Source: Eledone cirrhosa
Lineage: Eukaryota
Direction of reading: 5' to 3'
DNA: 64,000 nt
Assembly (NCBI GenBank): GCA_964016885.1
Contig: OZ024751.1
Location: 42,904,001 to 42,968,000, forward strand
The notes beneath the pieces are model-generated. The model had not been told where the DNA came from, did not search any database, and saw nothing but the letters and a program-made list of their open reading frames with translations. Every line of letters begins with the position of its first letter. The stretch's first letter is position 1. A program made the translations under genes and the position numbers. Shown piece by piece: positions 30,465 to 44,482 of the stretch.

Positions 30465-30837
30465 TTGAAACGAACCTTTTATAGGAAGTCATATATATGT
30501 AATATATGGGAATCTGCGAACTATTTCGTACTTTTGCAATTTTATTAGAAAATAAATTCCAACGAAGCCAAAAATAAAAATATAGAAATGAAGATATAAA
30601 AACAAAATATTTGATTGTGAGGTTTATTTATTTTTACTGTTTTTTTTTTTTTCTTTTTAATTTCAGAACAAAGTAACCAGAAATGATAAAAATAAAGTAA
30701 AATGCATTGATGAAAAAATTTGTAGGATTTTATGTACGAAAAATAAGATTGTACCACACTGAATCTTACTGCAAAATGTGTTAATGACAGGGTGATGGTT
30801 GTGCTTAACCCCCCCCCCCCACCTCTCTCTCTCTCTA

Positions 30838-30897
<60 letters not shown>

Positions 30898-30940
30898 GAA
30901 AGGTATAGAAAACATTGTAGCAAAAAGCCAACAGTATTCC

Positions 30941-31006
<66 letters not shown>

Positions 31007-31007
<1 letters not shown>

Positions 31008-31194
31008 CGAAGGAAATGTGGTAAGGAACCGGGTGGACCATAACGCACCAAAGTACTCAATACTTAGGGTAGTAGAGTGGGTAATAGGAACGAGTAGGAC
31101 TCCGACGGCTGAGCTCAAGCCGTTTCGACGGCTAATTCTGGACATGAGCCGTCGAAACGGCTTGAGCTCAGCCGCCGGGGTCCTACTCGTTCCT
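31007..31194 (-). mobile_element. family A fold-back element
   Basis: Tail plus palindrome centred in putative stem II. Confidence 0.8.
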
Positions 31195-31556
31195 ATATAT
31201 ATATATATATGTAGGAGGTGAGTTTTATTGTAGCGCAATAAAGCAATGCAAATATCGGATGATATGTTGATTTAACACTTCACTGCTCGCAAGTGTTTTT
31301 TAAGCTTCATATCATGTCTCCCTATTTTATCTGATGAGAACGCAAATATCATCCCATGATACGTTTCTGAGACTAGTCCTTCATCAGCAACTAGAATGAG
31401 AAATAAAAGATGAAATAGAAAGATAGAGTGATAAATACATACATACATACATACATACATACATACATACATACATACATACATACATACATACATACAT
31501 ACATACATACATACATACATGCATACATCCATACATACTTATATATATATATATAG

Positions 31557-31672
31557 GCATGTGGCTGAGTGGTTAGAGAATTGAATTCGCAATCGTAAGG
31601 TTGTGAGTTCGATTCCTGGACCAGGCGATGCGTTATGTCCTTGAGCAAGACACTTTATTTCACGTTGCTCCT
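31557..31672 (+). mobile_element. tRNA-derived SINE 5' part
   Basis: gtggctgagtggttag...gagttcgattcc...tgtccttgagcaagacactttatttcacgttgctcc. Confidence 0.75.
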
Positions 31673-31835
31673 TCTACCTGGAGTTGCGACCGATAGATAG
31701 TATTAGCAATTGGAAAGACCAACGGAAACATTGTTCCCTCGGTCCTATATTTATTTATTAAAATAACAGATTAAAGTTTAAACAAAGAATCGCTGCTTTC
31801 ACCGATTGGATTTTAGTCTTCACATTTATTATTAT

Positions 31836-32878
<1,043 letters not shown>

Positions 32879-32879
32879 C

Positions 32880-32937
<58 letters not shown>

Positions 32938-33244
32938 ATATATGTATGTATGTATTAATAGATTTCACTGCTATTTCTAGCAATCTGAGTCACCATGTAG
33001 AGGCACCCTCATAAACGTTACACCTGATTCTGTTTCACATAGGATTCTTTAGTGTTCTGATAATATATATTTTCTATTTATATATATATATTTAAGGAAT
33101 CTAAACAGGTGTAAGATATAAACCCTGCCAAACAGTCATAGCTTGCCCCTTTTTCTAGATATCTCACCCGCCCCTATATCTTCCGAGGACCTCAGCTCTG
33201 GGTTTTAGTTTCTTGTTATTATCATCATTATTATTATTATTATT

Positions 33245-34240
33245 ACATTACGTCCTTTTATGATCTGAGTTCAAATCCTGCCGAGGTTAACTTTGCCTTT
33301 CATCCTTACGTGGTCGATAAAATAAAGTACCAGTAACATACTGGGATCGATTTAGTGGTGTATTAGCAGAATAATGAGAACGTCCGGTAACATCATTTGC
33401 GACTTTCTACGGTCTGAGTTCAAATCATGTCGGGTTCAACGTTGCCTACATTTTCATCCGTCCGAGGTCTATAAAATAAAGTTGATATAATCGACTTTCC
33501 CCTCCTCATCAATTGATGGCCTTTTTTTCTAAATTAGAAACCATTATTACACCCACAAGGGCGGGGGATTGGCAGTATCGGTAGAGGGTCGGACGCCATG
33601 CTTTTCAGCAAAGAGTTACGGCCCTTTATGATCTGAGTTCAAATCCAGCCGAGGTTAACTTTGCCTTTCATCCTTACGGGGTTGATAAAATAAAGTACCA
33701 GTCACGCACTGGGGTCGATTTAATCGACATTCCCCTCCCTAAAAATTGCTGGCCTTGTGCCTATATAAGAAACCATTATTATACCCACAACATTAAGATA
33801 TTTTACGTTCTGCGTTCAAATCTCGCTTTTCATTCTGACGGGGTCAATAAAATAAAGAACAAGTAATACACTAGGTCGATTTAATCGACTTTCTCTACCT
33901 CCCCACAAAAAATTGCTGGTCTTGTGCCTAATTCAGAAACCATTATTACTTCCAGAACAAAGGCAGTGGATTGGCAGTATCGGTAGAGGGTCGGACACCA
34001 TGCTTTCCAGCATAGTTACGTCCCTTTACAGACTGAGTTCAAATCCCGCCGAGGTTAACTTTGCCTTTCATCCTTACGGGGGGGGGGGGTCGATAAATTT
34101 GCTGGCCTTCTGCCTAAATCAGAAACCATTATTGCTTCCAGAACTTACCTATCATCCTTACGGGGTCGATAAAATAAAGTACAAGTAATACACTGGGTTG
34201 AAATTGCTGGCCTTGTGTCTAAGGTAGAAATCATTATTAC
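33245..34240 (+). mobile_element. cluster of about 6 head-to-tail CORE-type SINE copies and fragments
   Basis: Repeated gagttcaaatc / tttcatccttacgggg / gctggccttgtgcct..agaaaccattatt. Confidence 0.85.
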
Positions 34241-34715
34241 ATCTTGAACATCTGACACACTTCAACCTTACCACATACCACCCCATACCTGACATTAGAA
34301 CAAAGGTTTCATGTTTAACTCTAAAATTAATGTCTCTATGATATTACCTTTACACATAAGAGGTGTGTAATTAATGGAACGAACCACTTGAAAACCATCT
34401 TCTCAATAAATTTCACTTAGTTCTGTTTTAGTTATCTTATCATATTACTCAACCTAAATATAACAATGTTGAAGAAAGTTTATCTTTTCTCTCTTTTATT
34501 GAATTTCTCCAGTAAATTGAGTCGGTGTATAGGTGTATAGGCAAACACGTTAGAAGGTCGTATAATACGCATTGAGGTCTCTTCGAGTTCAAATCCTGCC
34601 GGTGTCAACTTTGTCTTTTATCCTTTCGAGGTCGATAAAAAAAAAAAAAATTCAGTTCAGTATTGGTGTCGATTCTTCCTCTATATCTCTTTCACTTTTC
34701 TTCTTCTTCTCTCCA

Positions 34716-34766
<51 letters not shown>

Positions 34767-34792
34767 ATCTATCTCTCTCTCGCCCTCTCGCC

Positions 34793-34834
<42 letters not shown>

Positions 34835-34914
34835 GAACAAGGCTGAATGAGTGTAGAAAGATCGTGGGATGAAGCCAATGAAATGTCCTGGTGGGTTGAA
34901 GAATAATAATGAGA

Positions 34915-34994
<80 letters not shown>

Positions 34995-35046
34995 ATATAT
35001 ATATATAATTTATATATATATATATAATTTATATATATATATAATT

Positions 35047-35077
<31 letters not shown>

Positions 35078-35469
35078 GTATATACATATAATACATAGCT
35101 AATTAAACGTTTAACCATAATTATATAATTATATACATATATTTATATATATATGTGTGTATATGTATATATATATATACATATATACATATATACATAT
35201 ATATGTATATATATGAGTGTGTATGTGTATTCATATATATGTATATATATGTGTGTGTGTGTATGTGTGTTTGTGTGTTTGTGTGTAATTATGTGTGTGT
35301 GTGTGTAACACTTAATTAGCTAATCTATGTAATAATACACACAGCATTCTCACCATGTTTAGGTCTTCATCAGCTTTATGTTGTTATCTCTGAATGTTTT
35401 ACAAAACACGCTGAAACACGCCGTCGTGGGCGGGTGAGTTAATCAGATTCTACGCATGTATGTGTAGGT

Positions 35470-35510
35470 GTATATGATTGTCAGTTTGTGTGTGTATGTG
35501 CGTGTATGTG

Positions 35511-35543
<33 letters not shown>

Positions 35544-35706
35544 ATGCATGGGGGTGTATACATGGGGGTGTGTAGTTGTCAGTTTGTGTGTGTGTGTGTG
35601 TGTGTGTGCATGGGGATGTATGCGTGGGTGTGTGTGATTGTCAGTTTGTGTTTGTGTGTGTGTGTGTGCATGGGGGTGTATGCATGGGTGTGTGTGATTG
35701 TCAGTT

Positions 35707-35737
<31 letters not shown>

Positions 35738-35833
35738 CCATGGGGGTGTATACATGGGGGGTGTAGTTGTCAGTTTGTGTGTGTGTGTGTGTGTGCATGG
35801 GGATGTATGCGTGGGTGTGTGTGATTGTCAGTT

Positions 35834-35864
<31 letters not shown>

Positions 35865-36080
35865 GCATGGGGGTGTATACATGGGGGGGTGTAGTTGTCA
35901 GTTTTTGTGTGTGTGTGTGTGTATGTGTGTATGCATGGGGGTGTGTGATTGTCAGTTTGTGTGTGTGTGTGTGTGCATGGGGATGTATGCGTGGGTGTGT
36001 GTGATTGTCAATTTGTGGGTGTGTGTGTGTATGCGTGCGTGTGTGTGCGTGTGCGTGCGTGTGTGTGTGTGTTTGTGTGT
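35470..36080. repeat. (TG)n-based ~60-bp higher-order repeat
   Basis: ttgtcagtttgtg...catgggg recurs about 9 times. Confidence 0.85.
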
Positions 36081-36103
36081 TTAGTTAAAAACACCTCTGT
36101 TAC

Positions 36104-36505
36104 TACGAGGGTGAGCTGAAAACTTTATATGCTGACTATGACGGAGTGACGTTAGAGCTGTGAAATCTAACATGCATTAATTTCAACTTTTCTTATTAAT
36201 AACTTCATTGTTTTTGTTGTTTTTTTTTGTTTTATTTTGTTGTTTTTTCAGGTAAACTTGTTTTTTGTTGTTTTTTTTTTCAGGTAAATTGACATCTGAC
36301 TGTTCAAAAAGAAAAAGTCTTCAAAAATAATTAGTAGCGACTTCTCTTGAAAATGGACAACATTTGGTGTATCGTGGTGTTATCAAGTACCTGCAGATAA
36401 ATGGTTTAGTCCCCAGGGACATTCATGCTGACATGGTTGCTACATTAGGGAATGTGTTTAGTCCCCAGGGACATTCATGTTGACATGGTTGCTACATTAG
36501 GGGAT
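36104..36505 (+). mobile_element. mariner transposon 5' fragment (TIR plus frameshifted transposase N-terminus)
   Basis: TA-CGAGGG terminus; ATG 36353 then YRGVIKYLQINGLVPRDIHADMVATLG, typical mariner N-terminal HTH; ~50-bp local duplication. Confidence 0.75.
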
Positions 36506-36589
36506 GTGTGTTTGTGCGTGCAATTATCTCTGTGGCTGCTATGAGTTTAGTTACACATGTGGGAGTGTAATCATGTGTGTGTGTTCATC

Positions 36590-36862
36590 AGGCTGGTGTT
36601 TATCCCGGTTTTCGGGGGGTTAAGCGACTGAGAGTACAAGATTTCACTCTAGAGAGGACGCCAGTCCATTGCAGGGTTAGACTCACCACCTATTGCTGAT
36701 GTATACCGGAACAACGTGAAATGAAGTGTTTTACTAAAGAACACTTCATTTCTAGTTGTCCCAGTATACATCAGTAACAGCTGGGGAGCCTAACCCTGCA
36801 ATGGACTGGCGTCCTTTCAACCCAGTCAAGGAATCGAACCCACCACTAAGACACGCGCCACC
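36590..36862 (-). mobile_element. SINE remnant containing a ~160-bp internal fold-back
   Basis: aggacgccagtccattgcagggttag vs ctaaccctgcaatggactggcgtcct; B box on minus (ggaatcgaacc). Confidence 0.65.
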
Positions 36863-37166
36863 ACTAGAAAATATTATTAGATTATGACTTAGATTTCATT
36901 GAAATTATCAAAATACAATTGTGAAGAAGTGATAGGTAAGGGAGGATAACTTAGAAGAGAAATATACGTATATCATCAATATGACATTGAACTGTGCAGA
37001 GGTGTTATTAAGATAGTCTTGTGTTACAAACTTTGCTAAACAGCCTTATTAGATATAGACATTAATAAGGTAATAATGAACGCTTACTTATATCTAGTGT
37101 AGACTTATGAACGTAAGTGATAAAAATACAGGGAGAAAAGGAGGATGGAAAAAGTAGGCTTCTGCC

Positions 37167-37205
<39 letters not shown>

Positions 37206-37296
37206 TGTATATGTATGTGTGTGTGTATTTATATTATATATATATGTGTATGTATATATATATATATATATGTGTATGTATATATATATATATATG

Positions 37297-37383
<87 letters not shown>

Positions 37384-38303
37384 GTATGCGTATATAACTT
37401 TATGCACATGTATGTGTGCATAAGTGTAGCTTGAATCAGGGGCTGTGGAAAATGGGAGGAGGGGTACATATAGGATTTTGAGTATTAAGAAGTTATTTCA
37501 ACATATGCTACCCAAAAAAGAAATATTCAAAGAAGCTGTATAAAAAAATTAACAGGAAGCTAAATTGGAATAATGAACCAGTAACAAACATTTCCAAACA
37601 TTTTAGGTATACTTCTGAAAATGTACTACACAGGTCGGCGGTGAAAGTGGTCGAGGACTTAAAAAAGGTTGGAAACCCTTGGTCTAGTCGTCTGTCTATA
37701 GCTACCACATGGAAGGCAGAGTCTTTAGAGAGTTAGTCAAAATATTTGTGCTATTTAATTTCGGTCCTTTACGTTCAGAGTTTAAATCTCTCAGAGGTCA
37801 ACTTTGCTTTTTGTCCTTCTGGGTTGATAAAATAAATACCATTCAACGATAATGGTTATTTTTGGAGTATAACCTAATAAAGATTCTTACATAAAATTAT
37901 GATGGGAGCTTTTTAGATAAATCTTAAGAACTTTGCCAAGTAAATCCTGGGGCAGTTTGAGATCGTTTGGAATCAAAATGGTAAAAGCTGTTGGTTGGGA
38001 TTTGAAATGATGTGGCTGATATTATTAGCATTTCAAGTGATTACGTAAAGGCTGACATTCAGATGATCAATAAGCTGATATAAGCAACCGGATTTTGATT
38101 TAATTATTGTCACACACGAATGGTTAACATCAATGGCGGACTGAGAATTAAGGATCTATATTTAATCACCATAATTATCCATGGACATATAATCAACAAC
38201 TATTATATCTTGAGAATATATATATATACACACATATATATACATATATATATACACACACTCACATATATATACATATATATATATACATAAATATACA
38301 TAA

Positions 38304-38334
<31 letters not shown>

Positions 38335-38353
38335 TATGTATGTATATATATAT

Positions 38354-38401
<48 letters not shown>

Positions 38402-38773
38402 AAATGGGGAGAAGAATACTGCAGGTAGCACATGGATAACATGTTATAAAATGAGTCCCTCATCAGTGATTTGCCAACGATCATAGATATTTTATTGCAT
38501 TAAAAATCATATACCTCACGTTGGTGCAATAATAACTAAATTAAGTTATTAGGACAATTAAAACGCGTAAAGCGAGTGAGACAAGTAAACAACAAAGAGA
38601 AAAGCTAACCGTAGATAGGAAGAGGCACAAGCTACATATAGTTATTCTGTCAGCGTAAGCTGGGTGAATATATGAGCGCGTAGAAAATAGACCTTTCGAG
38701 ATGAATTCAATGTAAGAAAGAAGGAAATTGTTTTCGTCGCGAACGGGTATATATATATATATATATATATATA

Positions 38774-41700
38774 TGAATATAGACATAGAATATTCGAAAA
38801 TATTCTGTATGTTTATAATAAACATTTTGAAGACCTAATCGCTATAGAATAGAATACGTCACGTATTACAATTAGATTCTCGATAAAAGCAAGGGAAGTA
38901 ATCTACGCGTTTCATTCTTGTTAGAAATCATCAGGACTACATATCCAGTGCTTTTATCGAGAATGACACAGCTAGAGACTTATAGAATACTTAGCTGTGT
39001 ACAGGAACTGGTTTGAAAGAGCGGTTGCCGGTCCGGCAGAAATTAGAAATTGGAATAAATGCTCTGAAATAGCGATATATATGTGAATATAGACATAGAA
39101 TATTCGAAAATATTCTGTATGTTTATAATAAACATTTTGAAGACCTAATCGCTATAGAATAGAATACGTCACGTATTACAATTAGATTCTCGATAAAAGC
39201 AAGGGAAGTAATCTACGCGTTTCATTCTTGTTAGAAATCATCAGGACTACATATCCAGTGCTTTTATCGAGAATGACACAGCTAGAGACTTATAGAATAC
39301 TTAGCTGTGTACAGGAACTGGTTTGAAAGAGCGGTTGCCGGTCCGGCAAAATGTTTATTATAAACATACAGAATATTTTCGAATATTCTATGTCTATATT
39401 CACATATATATCGCTATTTCAGAGCATTTATTCCAATTTCTAATTTCTGCCGGACCGGCAACCGCTCTTTCAAACCAGTTCCTGTACACAGCTAAGTATT
39501 CTATAAGTCTCTAGCTGTGTCATTCTCGATAAAAGCACTGGATATGTAGTCCTGATGATTTCTAACAAGAATGAAACGCGTAGATTACTTCCCTTGCTTT
39601 TATCGAGAATCTAATTGTAATACGTGACGTATTCTATTCTATAGCGATTAGGTCTTCAAAATGTTTATTATAAACATACAGAATATTTTCGAATATTCTA
39701 TGTCTATATTCACATATATATCGCTATTTCAGAGCATTTATTCCAATTTCTAATTTCTGCCGGACCGGCAACCGCTCTTTCAAACCAGTTCCTGTACACA
39801 GCTAAGTATTCTATAAGTCTCTAGCTGTGTCATTCTCGATAAAAGCACTGGATATGTAGTCCTGATGATTTCTAACAAGAATGAAACGCGTAGATTACTT
39901 CCCTTGCTTTTATCGAGAATCTAATTGTAATACGTGACGTATTCTATTCTATAGCGATTAGGTCTTCAAAATGTTTATTATAAACATACAGAATATTTTC
40001 GAATATTCTATGTCTATATTCACATATATATCGCTATTTCAGAGCATTTATTCCAATTTCTAATTTCTGCCGGACCGGCAACCGCTCTTTCAAACCAGTT
40101 CCTGTACACAGCTAAGTATTCTATAAGTCTCTAGCTGTGTCATTCTCGATAAAAGCACTGGATATGTAGTCCTGATGATTTCTAACAAGAATGAAACGCG
40201 TAGATTACTTCCCTTGCTTTTATCGAGAATCTAATTGTAATACGTGACGTATTCTATTCTATAGCGATTAGGTCTTCAAAATGTTTATTATAAACATACA
40301 GAATATTTTCGAATATTCTATGTCTATATTCACATATATATCGCTATTTCAGAGCATTTATTCCAATTTCTAATTTCTGCCGGACCGGCAACCGCTCTTT
40401 CAAACCAGTTCCTGTACACAGCTAAGTATTCTATAAGTCTCTAGCTGTGTCATTCTCGATAAAAGCACTGGATATGTAGTCCTGATGATTTCTAACAAGA
40501 ATGAAACGCGTAGATTACTTCCCTTGCTTTTATCGAGAATCTAATTGTAATACGTGACGTATTCTATTCTATAGCGATTAGGTCTTCAAAATGTTTATTA
40601 TAAACATACAGAATATTTTCGAATATTCTATGTCTATATTCACATATATATCGCTATTTCAGAGCATTTATTCCAATTTCTAATTTCTGCCGGACCGGCA
40701 ACCGCTCTTTCAAACCAGTTCCTGTACACAGCTAAGTATTCTATAAGTCTCTAGCTGTGTCATTCTCGATAAAAGCACTGGATATGTAGTCCTGATGATT
40801 TCTAACAAGAATGAAACGCGTAGATTACTTCCCTTGCTTTTATCGAGAATCTAATTGTAATACGTGACGTATTCTATTCTATAGCGATTAGGTCTTCAAA
40901 ATGTTTATTATAAACATACAGAATATTTTCGAATATTCTATGTCTATATTCACATATATATCGCTATTTCAGAGCATTTATTCCAATTTCTAATTTCTGC
41001 CGGACCGGCAACCGCTCTTTCAAACCAGTTCCTGTACACAGCTAAGTATTCTATAAGTCTCTAGCTGTGTCATTCTCGATAAAAGCACTGGATATGTAGT
41101 CCTGATGATTTCTAACAAGAATGAAACGCGTAGATTACTTCCCTTGCTTTTATCGAGAATCTAATTGTAATACGTGACGTATTCTATTCTATAGCGATTA
41201 GGTCTTCAAAATGTTTATTATAAACATACAGAATATTTTCGAATATTCTATGTCTATATTCACATATATATCGCTATTTCAGAGCATTTATTCCAATTTC
41301 TAATTTCTGCCGGACCGGCAACCGCTCTTTCAAACCAGTTCCTGTACACAGCTAAGTATTCTATAAGTCTCTAGCTGTGTCATTCTCGATAAAAGCACTG
41401 GATATGTAGTCCTGATGATTTCTAACAAGAATGAAACGCGTAGATTACTTCCCTTGCTTTTATCGAGAATCTAATTGTAATACGTGACGTATTCTATTCT
41501 ATAGCGATTAGGTCTTCAAAATGTTTATTATAAACATACAGAATATTTTCGAATATTCTATGTCTATATTCACATATATATCGCTATTTCAGAGCATTTA
41601 TTCCAATTTCTAATTTCTGCCGGACCGGCAACCGCTCTTTCAAACCAGTTCCTGTACACAGCTAAGTATTCTATAAGTCTCTAGCTGTGTCATTCTCGAT

Positions 41701-41911
41701 AAAAGCACTGGATATGTAGTCCTGATGATTTCTAACAAGAATGAAACGCGTAGATTACTTCCCTTGCTTTTATCGAGAATCTAATTGTAATACGTGACGT
41801 ATTCTATTCTATAGCGATTAGGTCTTCAAAATGTTTATTATAAACATACAGAATATTTTCGAATATTCTATGTCTATATTCACATATATATCGCTATTTC
41901 AGAGCATTTAT

Positions 41912-41917
<6 letters not shown>
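38774..41917 (+). mobile_element. hammerhead retrozyme-like tandem array, 310-bp monomer: ~1.9 inverted units (38774-39348) plus ~8.3 direct units (39347-41917), in (TA)n
   Basis: Exact 310-bp period, no unit differences seen by eye, one HHR per unit, inverted 5' segment, 35-nt 3' tail. Confidence 0.92.
39546..39588 (+). ncRNA. type I hammerhead ribozyme (repeats every 310 bp to 41716-41758; minus-strand copies at 38898-38940 and 39208-39250)
   Basis: gtagtc CTGATGA t-ttct-aaca-agaa-t GAAA cgcg TA gattac; stem I extended by 16-bp attctcgataaaagca/tgcttttatcgagaat after an internal loop; palindromic ACGCGT stem III; GUA cut after 39582. Confidence 0.9.
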
Positions 41918-41958
<41 letters not shown>

Positions 41959-41959
<1 letters not shown>

Positions 41960-42115
41960 CGAAGGAAATATGGTAAGGAACCAGATGGACCATAACGCAC
42001 CAAAGTACTCAATACTTAGGGTAGTAGAGTGGGTAATAGGAACGAGTAGGACCCCGACGGCTGAGCTCAAGCCGTTTCGACGGCTTGAGCTCAGCCGTCG
42101 GGGTCCTACTCGTTC
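41959..42115 (-). mobile_element. family A fold-back element
   Basis: Tail plus palindrome; stem II collapsed through the shared acggct. Confidence 0.8.
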
Positions 42116-42277
42116 ATATATATATATATATATATATATGAAGTATATATATGTATGTATATATTATCATTATTATTGTTAAGTCCAAGTTGGGGTCTGT
42201 TACTATGGAGTTTTTCTAGCGTATTCACAGGGTCACCAGACAAGGCTCTAGATAGATAGATAGATCGATAGAGAGAG

Positions 42278-42324
<47 letters not shown>

Positions 42325-42326
<2 letters not shown>

Positions 42327-42961
42327 TATTTCTTTATTAGCCACAGGGGCACAAAAGGAGGGGACAAATACAAAGGGGGAAGTTTACATACAATAAAAAC
42401 GTGTAAAATGTTATCACAAATGCAATTTAAAAAAGTTAGTCGATTTTCCCCAATAGAGGGAGACAGTTTATATGGGTAACACATACCCCCGAAAAAAAAT
42501 GTGCAACCCTCATCTCCAGGAGTACGAAGAGTTTGTACTCCTTTCCTCTCCTCCTCCTTTTCCTCAACCTACAGGCTGATATAGAGAGAAGGCCCATTCA
42601 CTCGGGCCATTCTCGCCACTTTCACCCACCTTTCATAAAACTTGCTGGGGTACAGCACCTCTCTCTCCATCCTGATTCTTCTTCCAAAGTGGTATTTGAA
42701 AAAAAGAATCAGTTGATAGATATGTTTCTTTTATTTGCCACCAGGGCATCAAAAGTGGGACAAGTACAATGGGGGGAGTTTACAAAACAAGACGTCCTCA
42801 ATAAGGAGGAGGCAATAACAATATATAAAAATAAAATAAAATATAACAAAAAATAAAATTTATAACAAAATCCTCAATAGAGAGGAGGCGCCTTGGGGGG
42901 GTCGCACCCCCCCCCCCCCGAAAAAAGTGTGCAACCCTTCTCCTCAGGAGCACAGAGAAGG

Positions 42962-42962
<1 letters not shown>
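42325..42962 (-). mobile_element. two 5'-truncated Tx1/L1-like LINE 3' ends within (GATA)n
   Basis: Minus-strand FFKYHFGRRIRMEREVLYPSKFYERWVKVARMARVNGPSLYISL*; both end ...tggc(t/a)aataaa.gaaa followed by (TATC)n. Confidence 0.65.
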
Positions 42963-43044
<82 letters not shown>

Positions 43045-43238
43045 GGATCACATGCCGATTAGTATATCAATTGTCTAAAGATGAATATATATACATCGTG
43101 TTGCTGAGATACGGCGGAATCGGAATAGGATTCATGGCTGACAAAACATGATAAATAAATATAAACAACAACGACTTGTAACAGATCACGTGTCGTTAGA
43201 TCATTACTGTCTACCATTGAACCTACTCCTTTGTATTG

Positions 43239-43297
<59 letters not shown>

Positions 43298-43339
43298 TGT
43301 ATGTATGTATGTATGTATGTATGTATGTATGTATGTATG

Positions 43340-43452
43340 TTATCTCTTTCTCTTAACTTCGAGTATATTTTTTTGACCGGCCACCTTCCTGGTGGCAAGG
43401 TTGTAAAAGAAAAGAAATTGTCATCCCTTGAATCGCAAGAATGTTTTGCAAA
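43340..43452 (-). mobile_element. 3' end of R4-like LINE in (TATG)n, same family as 49283-49512
   Basis: Near-identical reverse complement of 49401-49512. Confidence 0.8.
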
Positions 43453-43540
43453 TGTTGATGTATGTATGTATGTATGTATGTATGTATGTATGTATGTATG
43501 TTTGTATGTATGTATGTATGTATGTATGTATGTATGTATG

Positions 43541-44148
43541 TCAGGTCACCAGTTGGTGCTACTGGTAACATGTATCCCAGTACAACCTGTCTCATGGTCG
43601 GGTCGTTGGCGACTAAACTGGCAACCCCACCAAGGTTTCTTGGTGAGGAGGGTGACTTTGGACATCCTGCAGGACTAAAAACAAAACCTGTCAAAGGCCA
43701 AAGGAGCTCTTAAGAGTCAATGGCCATCCAAAATCACCGGGAGGGATGACCCCTTAGCCTTTGTCAAGGCAGAATTCTAGGAGAAGGAAAACTCTGATAT
43801 AACACCTGCAACCCTGATGGTATCCAATGATGTTGACTTGTTCTTCTTTTTGGTAAATATCATCTTGGTTAAGAGAGTGGGACTGGCTTTGTGCAGTGCC
43901 TTTGCTCACTATAAAAGCTTCACGGCACAGGCATTGCTTTCTATCTGGAGATCGCTCTGCACTTGTCGTCACATGGTACCATGGGCCCAGCACTATGTGT
44001 CAATAATTGTCACAAGTGTAGTGTTTGTACCAGAGTTTTCAAGTCGCTGGCTGGACTAAAAAGTCACACTTGTTTAGCGCATCGGTAGAGGTTCTCCTAC
44101 ATGGATATAAAGTAGTGGCCGTACTCGAAAACGAGTTGGCAGCCACCA
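43541..44148 (-). mobile_element. probable 5'-truncated non-LTR retroelement 3' region with (ATAC)n tail
   Basis: GC-richer ~600-bp island flanked by (TATG)n on both sides; no recognisable ORF. Confidence 0.4.
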
Positions 44149-44217
44149 TGTATGTATGTATGTATGTATGTATGTATGTATGTATGTATGTATGTATGTA
44201 TGTATGTATGTATGTAT

Positions 44218-44482
44218 CAGGATGGATTTAGTTCGGAACTGGTTAGACCATTACTCAACAGAGTACTCGATATTTGGAGTAGTAGAGTATGGTTATATTA
44301 GAAAGACTCGGAGCCCGACGGCTGAGCTCTTGCCATTTCAACAGCTATATATATATATATTATAATGAGTCGGGACCTGAGTTCTTGTCGTTGCAATAGC
44401 AAATTCAAAACTCTGGAACTAGCTGTTGAAATGGCAAGAGCTCAGCCGTCGGGCTCCGATTCTTTCTAATATAACCATATTC
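44218..44482 (-). mobile_element. diverged family A fold-back element
   Basis: gagtactcgata..gtagtagagt tail; arms ggagcccgacggctgagctcttgccatttcaacagcta / tagctgttgaaatggcaagagctcagccgtcgggctcc. Confidence 0.7.

Noticed and set aside
35345-35380. Minus-strand CTGATGAagacc...ggt hammerhead-like motif (also isolated CTGATGA at 18186, 31331, 44854)
   Set aside because: GAAA box and/or stems I and III are missing
37660-37685. hAT/Charlie-like terminal sequence (aaaaggttggaaacccttg)
   Set aside because: Single end, no partner TIR or transposase found
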